Assembly (NCBI RefSeq): GCF_030222135.1
Contig: NW_026988463.1
Coordinates: 27,112,907 to 27,176,906 of the forward strand
Direction: 5' to 3'
Length of the DNA: 64,000 bases
Source: Aotus nancymaae
Lineage: Eukaryota
Of the stretch, positions 51,340 through 60,601 are shown piece after piece. A model generated the notes under the pieces. That model was not told the DNA's origin and did not search any database. It worked only from the letters and a program-made list of their open reading frames with translations. The position numbers and the translations under genes were made by a program. The number at the start of each line of letters is the position of its first letter. Positions within the stretch are counted from its first letter, which is position 1.

Positions 51340-51560
51340 AAGTGCAGGGAGGCCAGCCGGGAGAGATGCAGGGAGGCTGAGAGCGAAGAGTTGGGGAGGT
51401 GTTCAGGGAGGTTTCCAGAGTGCAGGGAGGTTTCCAGAAGTGCAGGGATAGGGGGCCAGGAGGCTGGAGGGGATGCAGGCAGAAGTGCAGGGAGGTTAGA
51501 ACCAGTGCAGGGATGAGGGAGGCCTACAGTTGGCAGAAGAGCCTGGCAAGATGCAGGAGC
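51340..51560. repeat. PRRT2: Degenerate tandem repeat (about 10-20-bp unit containing TGCAGGGAGG) in the PRRT2 3' UTR
   Basis: AGATGCAGGGAGGCTGAG..TTCAGGGAGGTTTCCAGAGTGCAGGGAGGTTTCCAGAAGTGCAGGGATAGG..GATGCAGGCAGAAGTGCAGGGAGGTTAGAACCAGTGCAGGGATGAGGGAGG; seven or more copies. Confidence 0.7.
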
Positions 51561-51709
51561 AGGACAGAAGCTGTAAACAAGGCCGCTCAGGCTCCCTTGG
51601 TCCTTAGGGGTGGGGGCCAGGGCCATCAGTTGGGCTCCCCCCAGGGGAGGGATGGGCCCAAGGCAGCTCCCAACAGGAAGAAAAGTCTTGGGATTCGGGG
51701 CAGAGCCCC

Positions 51710-52015
<306 letters not shown>

Positions 52016-52428
52016 TTAGGGTGAGGGGTGGAGGCACATGGCCAGGGTCAGGAGAAGCCAGCCCAGAAGGGATCAGGTGGAAAAGTCATCCAGAAGAGAG
52101 AGGCCAGCCCCATGGACGGAGGATAAGGGAGGAAGAGGGAGTGGAGGGGTGGAGGAAGGAGGAGAGGAGGGGCAGAGGGAGGAGGGCACAGGTCAGCAAG
52201 GCTGTGTGACATGTGTGTCTCCATATCCCTCCCACCCAAAGGGGCAGGGCAGTGGTGGCTCAGAGGGTTAGGTCCTAGGGAGAGGCAAACAAAGGCCCTG
52301 GAATTGGGGAGGTGGGATCCATGCAGAGAGAAGAGAAGAAAGGCATGGTTACTCCTGGGCCTCTGTCCCAGCACTGGCGGGAAGCCGGGAGCCACAGCAG
52401 GCTTGGGCCAGGGTCCCATGGGGCTCAC

Positions 52429-53283
52429 CATGACAGCATAAGCGAAGGCCACAATGTTGACAGGCCACATAGGGCAGAAGCAGGACAGGATGGCAAGGAT
52501 GATGTAGTCTCGAGGTTTCTGGGTGCCTTCACCCCCCTCCACCCCAGGACCTGCCAGCTGGGAGCTGGGGTGGCGGCTCAGGCTACCTCGGGGAGATCCT
52601 GGATGCCCACTATGCGCCCTTCCCAGTCGATCCTCCTCAACCAGCTGCTGCAGTACCCGGGGGGGAGCCCCATTGGCTGGGGGGGATTTTTTTGACGGTG
52701 GTGAGTGAGGCTCAGAAGCTGGGCCCTCTTCCCCATCGCCAGCCTGCAGGGGCACCACTGCCCCATTCTCTTGCTTCTCCCCTACACTCTCAGACAGAAT
52801 CTCAGGGGTGGGGTCTTCCTCGGTAGGGAGCTCTGGTTGAAGGTCTGGCTTGGGGGTGGGCTGGGAATCTGGCTGGGGGTCTGGCTCAGGTGGGGCTGCA
52901 GACTCAAGCCTGGACCCCTGGTCTTCAATGGCCTCTTTGCTCACTTCTGGTTTGGACACTGTTTCTTGACATGGCTCTTCCGGGATGCAGTTGGCCTTGG
53001 ATTCCCCTCCTGGGCTTAAGCTGAGGTCTGTGCCCTGGGCTGTTTCTGGGGCCCCAGCTGGGGTCTCTGTGATTTCTGGAGCCAGCCCAGCCTTGGGCCC
53101 TGAGTCCACAAGGGCTGCAGTGGTGTCTGGGCCTGGCTTCGGGGCCTCTGGCTGGTCTGGGACCCCTGCTAGGACCTGGGGAGGGCCAGTTTCAGCTTCA
53201 GAACGGCTAGGCCCTTTGCCTGGAACCTGGGGACTCTCCTCAACCCCCTTCATTTCAGAGACCTCAGAGCTGGTGGTTGCCAT
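52429..53283 (-). CDS. PRRT2: PRRT2 exon 2 coding part (ATG at 53283; [26 protein letters not shown]...proline-rich...[10 protein letters not shown]); the exon extends 5' to an acceptor near 53310 or 53348
   Basis: The ORF track entry 52048..53283 covers it; donor GTGAGC at 52428. Confidence 0.9.
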
Positions 53284-53739
53284 CTTGAAATGGGAGAGGG
53301 GAGAGAACCCCTATGGGGAGGATGGAATAGCAGAGACAGCCGCGAACCCTGGAAGAGGAGAAGACAGGCTTGGGGTGAGGAGGGAAGAGGGCGCTCAGCA
53401 CTGCAGGCCCAATTGGGCCACATTCCTGTCTCAGGGCCAGGCTTGCAATGCCTCTAGGGAGAGTAAGAAAAGTTGGGGTTTCCTTTGCCTTAGGGTGGGA
53501 CATCCCTGGGGGTGGAGTGCTCCTACTCTAAGTCTTCCGCTTGGAGAGCCCTGGGGAAGATTAACCCTTTTGTAAACAGGACCTTCTCCATGGTCTCTCC
53601 CTGGGTCCATCCAACAAGATCCAGACTCTCAGATCCCAGCCGATGCCCCAGCACCCCAATCAACGAGCTGTGCAAACACCCAACACTCCGACAGGCAGAC
53701 TGGGCAGAGAACCCGACATTTGCATTCCACTCTCTCTGC

Positions 53740-54430
53740 ATCCTCCCCTCCTCCCGGGGCGCCCAGGCGGTGCGGGTTTTCTAGCTGCGCGTTTAGGGCG
53801 AGGACGCCCCCGCCCCTCCCTGGGGGACTTGGTTATCTCCTCCGATCTCCTGTCAGCCCCTCTCTGGGGCTTCCCTCGCCTTCGGTGGGCTGGCGCCTTC
53901 TCCCGATGGTTCAGCCCACCCAGCACCACCACCAGCCCTCTAGACACCCGCATTCCCGCGCAGCCCGCCCGGCGTCGGCCGTCGGTCGGTCCATTCCTAC
54001 CCGCAGCCTCAGTCTGCCCGGGTCTCACCTCGACGCCGGCCTCCGGACAGCTCCCGCTGCCGCTGCTGGCTTTTACAGCAGCCGCAGCCCGGGAGGGAGC
54101 AAGTCAGTGAGGGAGGGAGGGAGGCGGCGGGTCTCCCTCCTCTCCCCTCCCTTGTGCTCATCCCCTCCTCTTCGGTCCCCTCCCCTACGCTCCTCCGCCG
54201 CCGCCGCGCGCCGCCCCCGCACCTCGCGAGCCTCCGGCCCCTCCCGCCAGCCCAAAGGAGCCACGCGTTACCCAGGCAACCGGCCCGGGGACCACTCGCG
54301 CCCCCTCCCTGCCCCTTCCCACGCGCGCCTCCAGGCGGGGCGGCCTCCTTCCTAAGTCCCTGGCCCCTCCCGTCAACGGTCACCGGGATTCCTGGAGGAG
54401 TCGGGGGTTTGGGGAAAACGGAGAGGGTTC
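53740..54430. promoter_or_regulatory. PRRT2: CpG island over PRRT2 exon 1 and promoter
   Basis: Dense CpG by eye; contains the exon 1 donor at 54028. Confidence 0.7.
54029..54290 (-). other. PRRT2: PRRT2 non-coding exon 1 (donor GTGAGA at 54028-54027); TSS approximate
   Basis: A strong consensus donor (CGAG|GTGAGA) lies inside a CpG island at the expected distance upstream of exon 2. Confidence 0.55.
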
Positions 54431-55221
54431 TGCGAGGATACGGGAACAGTGAGGCAGGCAGGACAGGGTGGAGGTGCCCCTACGAGGAAGGCAAGGAAGA
54501 TGGGGCAAGATGCGGGGAGGCTGCAGAAGCGGCGCAGGGTGGGGTTTCGAGAGAACCGAGCCTGCAGAAGGCAGCAGCAGAAACGGGCGCTGGAAGGCTC
54601 AAAAAAGGGGCCCTGGAAAGGACGAAGCGGGGACAGGAAAGGGAATTCCAAGGGGCAGGGCAGAGGCTGCAGGGCCGGCCTGGAACAGGAGGGGGCTGGG
54701 CAGAGGAGCCCGTGTAAACACGGGGTGGCCCACGCCCAGGATGAGGGACAGGTGCAGCTTCCATTCTCAACCTGGTAACAGCCACAGAGCTTGGGACTCC
54801 TCAGCCTTTCCGCAGCCGCATCACCCACCATGGCCTCAGGGCTGTGACGGGAGCAGGGAAGGATGCGGCTGGGGGCTTAGTGGCCACGGGTGTGGACAGA
54901 GGGCGGCATTCCAGTCTGGCAGTTGTTTGGGTTTCTAACGGGGCCTCTTCAAACATGCAGGAGCTATTCTGGGTTTGTACCGATTGGGAATTCCCCAGAG
55001 ACCTGAACTTGCGCTCCACAGCCGCGGGAGCCTTGGCCCCACCCTAAATGTGTGCTGCCGCCACTAGGGCTGCCCCTGGGGACGGCGGACCCAGAACCCC
55101 ACAGACACACAGGACAAAGTAAGGCTGGACTGACACCAGACCGGGAAAAAAACCCTTGGGAGTGGGTGGGGGCAGTTGCTTGGTGAGGGCAATTCATTCA
55201 ATCCAGAGCCAGAAACAGGAT

Positions 55222-55238
55222 TTTATTTAAAATTTATT
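55222..55238 (-). promoter_or_regulatory. MAZ: MAZ tandem polyadenylation signals (two AATAAA on the minus strand)
   Basis: TTTATT at 55222-55227 and 55233-55238 on the plus strand; the resulting gene span of about 4.7 kb agrees with human MAZ. Confidence 0.6.
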
Positions 55239-56237
55239 GTAATGGGGTCCGCGCAAAAGGAGGGAGTGGAGGGTGGGGTACATGCAGGGGACACAGGAAC
55301 ACGATGACATGGCCAGGGCCACAGCTTCTTCTGTCGTGGGGAAGAGGGATGAAAAGACAAGACCAGGGCTGGAGCTGGGGTGGAAGAGGGGAGGGGGACA
55401 CTGGCTGCATTCCCCCACCCCCAGGAAGCACCTCTAGGCCCTGGACCCCTCGCTCACCCTGGCCCCTAAAACTCCATCTCTCCTCTGCCTCTGGCCCTCC
55501 TGGCTCCTCCTTCTGCTCCCCTGAACTTTTTCCCCTGACAGGTTCTCAAGTAGGACGTCGTTCAGGGCCTGACCCCAAACCCCCTACCACCTTATGAAGG
55601 TACAACCTTTGCGGGCCCTGCTTCTGCCCCTCCTCAAACCTCACCGCTTTCCCTCTTTGGGACAGAAGCTCTGATCTCCCTCCTTCCTCTCCTCCCTCCC
55701 CCTGGAAAAAAAAAAGAAAAAGGAAAAGAAAGCACCAACTCCCCAGGGAGGGGCAGCAGACAGCAGGGGGAGAGGATTGGAAGGAGAGTAAGAGAACCAT
55801 TGAGGGAAGAGGCTCACAAGTCCCTGGGAGGACAGGGCACGGGCTTACAGAGAGGAGAGAGGGTACGGGCAGTGGCTGCTCCTGTCCTCTGCCACCCCTG
55901 CCCACTGTCCAGGGGATTTCAACATAACCGAGGGGGCAGGTTTGTGTGGGGTCAGGTCTGATAGAAGAGAGGAGCAGGAGAAACAAATCGTTAAAACCTA
56001 GCGAATTCCCCTAAAACATTTCTTCCTCCTTTCCTTCCGGAGGCTCCTTGGTTGGTGGGGAAGTAGTGAGGAGTTGGTGGGAAAAGAGCGGGGAGAGGAG
56101 CCTGTACCAAGGGACTCTACTCCATTCTCCCCTCTCCCCCCCAACCAACTTGGAGCTCACCAGGGCTGGGAGGGAAGTGGCTGAGAGCTCACAGGCACCC
56201 CCTCTGCCCCGGAGAGGGAGCCCACAGCCGTGGGAGG

Positions 56238-56300
56238 AGCTGCTACTGCCGCCGCCGCAGCTGCCGCCGCCGCCGCCGCTGCTGCTGCTGCCGCCGCCAT
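56238..56300. repeat. MAZ: (GCC)n/(GCT)n trinucleotide repeat in the MAZ 3' UTR (GGC/AGC on the mRNA strand)
   Basis: GCTGCTACTGCCGCCGCCGCAGCTGCCGCCGCCGCCGCCGCTGCTGCTGCTGCCGCCGCC. Confidence 0.85.
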
Positions 56301-56651
56301 TGGACAAACCTCACCAGTACCTGCAGGAGAAACACCACAGATCACAGCGCAATCTGAATGGCAAAAGCCTTGCCCTCATCCCAGACCTTCCCAGCCTGCT
56401 TCCCCTGGGACACAGCCGTTGCTCACTTCCTATCTGGTCCCCAGAGACCTCAGCCTGCATCCTCACCCAGACAGAGAAGTTCTCAAGGGTCTTCCCTGTG
56501 CCTGGAAGTCTCCCTAGCCTGAGTGGCACATGGGCATCCCTTGCCTTCCTGAGATCCCCTATTGGGCCCTTTGAGCCCCCTTGTCCCCCACACCCCCCAT
56601 CCCGCCCCCCAGCCATGCCCCACGCCTTGCCTGGTGGGTGCGGGGTCCCCC

Positions 56652-56854
56652 TCAGCAGGTGGGCTGTGGCTGGGGGGCGTCTCCTGGGACAGGGGGGGCG
56701 GCCCCCCCCAGATGGGTCTGCATGTGGCCGGCCAGCTGGGCAGGGGTCTTGCAGTGCACGCTGCACAGCTTGCACAGGATGCGGTCAGCCCGCGGGGCCT
56801 GGAGCCCGTGGTCCTTCACCGCGTGGATGCGCAGGTATGCTGCCGTGGTGAAGC
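56652..56854 (-). CDS. MAZ: MAZ exon 5 coding part (GFTTAAYLRIHAVKDHGLQAPRADRILCKLCSVHCKTPAQLAGHMQTHLGGAAPPVPGDAPQPQPTC, stop TGA at 56654-56652)
   Basis: Acceptor AG at 56856-56855; the C-terminus is identical to human MAZ isoform 1. Confidence 0.9.
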
Positions 56855-57659
56855 CTATTGGGGGGGTGGATTGGGATGGGGCGGGGGTCAGCCCAGAGAC
56901 GGAGACCCCAGAGACGGGGCTGATCTCCTAGGCGGGGGATGCCCTCCTCAGATGGCCCTGTCCTCCTCCCACGGCATCCTTGGTAGCCTGGGGCCAACTG
57001 CTCTGCTGGGGCTGGTGGGTACCGCCCCTCCCTAAGCCTGGGGCCTGGCTTGCGAGGTGCCTGCTTCTCAGCCTGGGTATCTACAGAGCTCATTCTTCAT
57101 GGCCGGGAGACCTCTCCCAAGATGACAGGACACTGACTCCTAGCCACTTACAAGGTTGACCCTCAGCAGAGACGGCTGTGTCCCCTTCCTTCCAGTGCCC
57201 CCCAGTCTCAACCCAGTTAGCCGGTGAGTCTGACTGAAGGCAGCTTTCTCTGCTACCCGGGCAGGATGTGTGCTAGTAAAGCCAAGACCGTGTATTCCAC
57301 CTGCCCCAGGAGCTGGAGACAAGACCTTGTGGCTGCCTGGCGGAAACCTTGCCTTGTGACCCCTGGAACTGGCTTCCCTGACAACTCCTTACCCAGAGCA
57401 GCCAAGTTCCACTCCCACTCTCCCTACACATGCCCAGGAGGTTCAACCTCTCCGGCAGATGGTCTCCTCCAGCCAGGACTTCCTAGAGCCTAACGACGCT
57501 CATTCAGGTGTCCCCCCTCCGCTGCTCCCTTGACCTCTTGGAGGACTCTAGTAGCCACGAGCTCTTGGCTACAGCACCCTTAATCCGTATCACTGGCAGG
57601 ACGTCTGGCTAGGCGCCCACCCTCTGCCCCTGGCCCTCCCTGCAGCCCTCAGCATGTAC

Positions 57660-57831
57660 CTTTGTTGCAGAGCTCACAGACATGGTGAGGGCCCTGGCTG
57701 TGCACCTTCATGTGGTCCGAAATATAAGCCGAGCTCAGCATCTTGCCACACACGTGACATGGCACCTTCTCCTCGTGTCGTACTGTGTGCGCCCGCAGCC
57801 GATCCTTCGTGGCGAAAGCTGCCTCACATTT
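57660..57831 (-). CDS. MAZ: MAZ exon 4 (KCEAAFATKDRLRAHTVRHEEKVPCHVCGKMLSSAYISDHMKVHSQGPHHVCELCNK)
   Basis: Acceptor AG at 57833-57832, donor GTACAT at 57659. Confidence 0.9.
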
Positions 57832-58108
57832 CTGGGGAGGGGGGAGGGGCGTGGGGGGTGTCACAGGAGAGTTAAAGCTTTGGGGGCTGGGGAGGGGGGA
57901 GCAAGAGGTTAAAGGAATCAGAGCCTTGGGGATCTTTGATCTGTAGGAAACGGGAGTGAGATGACGAGGCCTTGAAGAAGGAATGAGAAAATGAAGTGAA
58001 AAGGCAAAAAGAAGAGAGAGAAAAAGGGGGTCTGAGAGGCTGAACTCAGACAGCTACCATGAGGATCAAAATCATGAAAACCAGGACTGGAGGCGGCGGG
58101 CTTCCTAC

Positions 58109-58172
58109 CTCACATTTGAAGGGCCGTTCTGTTGAGTGCACTTGTCTGACGTGACTGTTGAGGTGATCTGGC
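58109..58172 (-). CDS. MAZ: MAZ exon 3 (64 nt; RPDHLNSHVRQVHSTERPFKCE)
   Basis: Acceptor CCCCAG at 58174-58173, donor GTAGGA at 58108. Confidence 0.85.
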
Positions 58173-58334
58173 CTGGGGACACGTTGGGGTTGGGGTTAGG
58201 GCGGAAGCGGTGAGCCCCAAATCCGCCAAACTGCACCACAGGCCTTTCCGAGGATCCCTGCGCCTCCTCCCGGAGCCCAGGCCGTCACAGCGCCACTTCG
58301 GCAGGAAATCCCTCCCCTCCAGGCCGGCAGCCAC

Positions 58335-58362
58335 GGCCGCCGCCGCCGCCGCCTCCTCCCAC
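58335..58362. repeat. MAZ: (GCC)n repeat in MAZ intron 2
   Basis: CGGCCGCCGCCGCCGCCGCCTCC. Confidence 0.8.
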
Positions 58363-58576
58363 GAGAAGCTTCCGTCAACCCCAAGGCCCACCTCCTCGGC
58401 AAAGGACCACCCCCTGCTCCCTGGTAACCCGGAGAGGCTTCCTCCCTCCGCCCTGGGAGGGGCTCTCCTTCCCCAGCCTCAGCAGCCACCTCCCTCCCCG
58501 CCAGCCACGGCCAGGCCACCTCTGTCGCGTCCCTCCCTCCCCATGGCCTAGTGGGCGGCCGAGGCCCCGTGCACAC

Positions 58577-59424
58577 CGGGAGAAGCTCTTGCCACAGTGG
58601 GAGCAGTTGTAGGGCTTGTGTACAGCGCCGTCATGTGAGCGCACGTGGTAGCTCATGCGGTCCTTGCGCTTGAAGCGCTGTTGGCACACCGGGCACTGGT
58701 AGGGCTTCTCGTCCGAGTGCGACAGCTTGTGTCGGTTCAGGTGGTAGACGTCGCGGAAGGCCTTGCCGCACATCTCGCAGGCGTGGTTCTTCCGGATGCG
58801 CTTCCCCGAGGCGGTCGTGGTCACCACGCCACCGGCGGCCACTGCGGCCGCGCCGCCGCCGGCACCCGCTTCTCCCCCTCCCCCGCCGGCTCCGCTCAGC
58901 TGGGGCACGCTCAGGAGGCTCAGGGGCACCATGGTAGGCATCTTCATAGCACCCGAAGGGACCCGGCCGGCCTTGGCTCCCGTGTGGATGGCTTCGTGCC
59001 TCCGGAGGTTGTAGCCGTTCTTGAACTCCTTGGCGCAGAGAGCGCAAATATAGGGCCCCTTGCTCTTTGTCTTCTTCTCCAAGGCAGACGCGACTGGGGC
59101 CACGGCGACCGTCGAGGTTGGGGCTACGACGGCGGTGGCCGCCGCCGCGGCGATGGTGGCGGCGGAGGCGGGGGGCGCGGCCTCGGCCGCAGGGGCCGAC
59201 ACGGGTGGGGGTGGCGGAGGGGGCGCCGAGGGCTGCTTCAGGGCCGCTGTGTCCACCGTGGAGGCGGTGGCCGGAGCCGGGGGCGCGGCAGCGACGGCGG
59301 CGGCAGCGGCGGCGGCCGCAGCGGCGGCGGCGGACTCCTGGGCAGCAGCGAGCACAGGGAGCAAGTCCACCTGGAGGGGCTCGGCCGCCGGGGCCTGGGG
59401 CGTGGGCGGGGGCGCCGGCGCGGC
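58577..59424 (-). CDS. MAZ: MAZ exon 2 (AAPAPPPTPQAPAAEPLQ...poly-Ala...zinc fingers 1-3...HKPYNCSHCGKSFS)
   Basis: Acceptor AG at 59426-59425, donor GT at 58576-58575; 848 nt with reading phase preserved. Confidence 0.9.
59281..59335 (-). repeat. MAZ: GCN repeat encoding the MAZ poly-alanine tract (exon 2)
   Basis: (GCN)n; the minus-strand translation reads SAAAAAAAAAAAAVAAAPP. Confidence 0.85.
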
Positions 59425-59510
59425 CTGCAGAAACAAGGCGCAGAGTGGGCCGCGGGTGCCGGCGGGCGCGCGCCCCCCCGGCCCTGGCCGCCGCGGCGGG
59501 CCCTACTCAC

Positions 59511-59702
59511 CTGGAATGGACTCTGGGCGCAGCCCTGGGAGGCAAAGAAGCGGGACTGGAGCTCAGCCCCGACCTGCAGGGGGTTCTGGGCGTGACCCTG
59601 AGGTGGCGGGAAGGAGTTCATGAGGCCGCCCACCCCCCGGGAGTCCAGGCCCAGCACGGGGAAGGGGGGGGCCAGCAGCGTGCAAGGGAACACCGGGAAC
59701 AT
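59511..59702 (-). CDS. MAZ: MAZ exon 1 coding part (ATG at 59702-59700; MFPVFPCTLLAPPFPVLGLDSRGVGGLMNSFPPPQGHAQNPLQVGAELQSRFFASQGCAQSPFQ)
   Basis: Donor GTGAGT at 59510; 64 codons; matches the human MAZ N-terminus. Confidence 0.9.
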
Positions 59703-60220
59703 GGCCACGGCCGCAGCGGGGCCCCCGGGGCTCAGCGGGGGCCGGGGGCGCGAGCCGCGCGGGGCCCGGGCTCGGGGCGCCGCCCCCGGCCGGCCGGCCT
59801 GGGCCGCGCCGAACGCATGGCCCGCGGGCCGCCCCGCCGCCCGCGCACCCCGGCCGGCGGGAGGGAAGGAGGGCGCCTTGCGGGCCGCGGAGCGCCGCGG
59901 CGACGGCGGCGGCGACGCCCCCTGGGTGGGGGCGGGAGGCCCCGCGGGGCCGGGGCCGGGGCCGGGGGCGGGGGCCCGGGCGGCGGCGGCGGCGGCGGCG
60001 GTTGGAGCCTGGCGGGGCGGGGTGGGGGGAGCGAGGGAGCAGCCTCGGCCCCCGCCGCGCGCGCGCCCAGTCGGCGCCTCGGGGAGGGCGGGGGAGGGCG
60101 CGAGGGAGGGAGGGGGACAGCTGCGCGCGCACCGGGCGCGCGGAGGGGGGGTGGGACGGGAGGGAGGGCGGGCAGGAGGGGGTGTGGGCAGGGGGTGGGG
60201 GCGGGGGAGGGGGTTGTTAC

Positions 60221-60256
60221 CTGGAAGATGAAGCTGCTCCAGTTGCTGGGATCCAT
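60221..60256 (-). CDS. MAZ: MAZ alternative first coding exon 1A (ATG at 60256-60254; MDPSNWSSFIFQ), donor GTAACA, in frame with exon 2
   Basis: GCC-ATG-G Kozak context and a GT donor immediately after the 12th codon. Phase 0 matches the phase-0 acceptor of exon 2. Resembles a known human MAZ N-terminal variant (recalled from memory). Confidence 0.55.
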
Positions 60257-60596
60257 GGCGAAGGGAGGGAGGGAGGAAGGGAGGGAGGTGGCTCGCGCTC
60301 ACCCTGGGGCGGGAGGAGGAGGAGGCGGCGGTGGGGGAGGGGGAACCCGGGGAGGAGGCGCGCGGGGCGGGCGGGGGGAGGAGGAGGGTGGGGGGAGCGG
60401 AGCACACTGCGCGCAGGGAGGGCGGGCGGGGGGCGCGAGGACACACAAGAGGCTGGAGCGGGCGCGAGCGCGAGTGCGAGCGCGCGCGGGGCCAGCGGGA
60501 GGGGGAGGCGCGAGAGGACTTTGGCGGGAGGAGGGACGGGGGAGCCACCCAGCAGCCCGAGTCGCCCCGAGCGCGAGACCCCTGAGACGGCTGCTG

Positions 60597-60601
60597 ATTG
60601 G
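60597..60601 (-). promoter_or_regulatory. MAZ: CCAAT box (AGCCAATCAG on the minus strand) in the MAZ upstream region
   Basis: GCTGATTGGCT on the plus strand is an NF-Y consensus; it lies about 340 bp upstream of the exon 1A ATG. Confidence 0.45.

Larger units (their letters stand above)
55205..60560 (-). other. MAZ: MAZ gene (MYC-associated zinc finger protein): 5 coding exons, an alternative upstream first exon and a 1.4-kb 3' UTR; TSS approximate
   Basis: Exon translations match human MAZ, including its six C2H2 zinc fingers and poly-Ala tracts. Confidence 0.9.

Noticed and set aside
52048-53283. 411-aa minus-strand ORF, longer than the PRRT2 exon 2 coding region
   Set aside because: The first 285 codons are genuine PRRT2 exon 2. 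The remainder is read-through into intron 2 past the GTGAGC donor at 52428.
59238-60548. 436-aa minus-strand ORF that runs through the canonical MAZ ATG and continues about 280 codons upstream (and the 59563-60132 and 59732-60256 ORFs)
   Set aside because: This open frame continuity in GC-rich 5' UTR or intron sequence is expected by chance. The only part with coding support is exon 1 (from ATG 59702) and the short exon 1A (ATG 60256) that ends at a splice donor. The rest is treated as UTR or intron.
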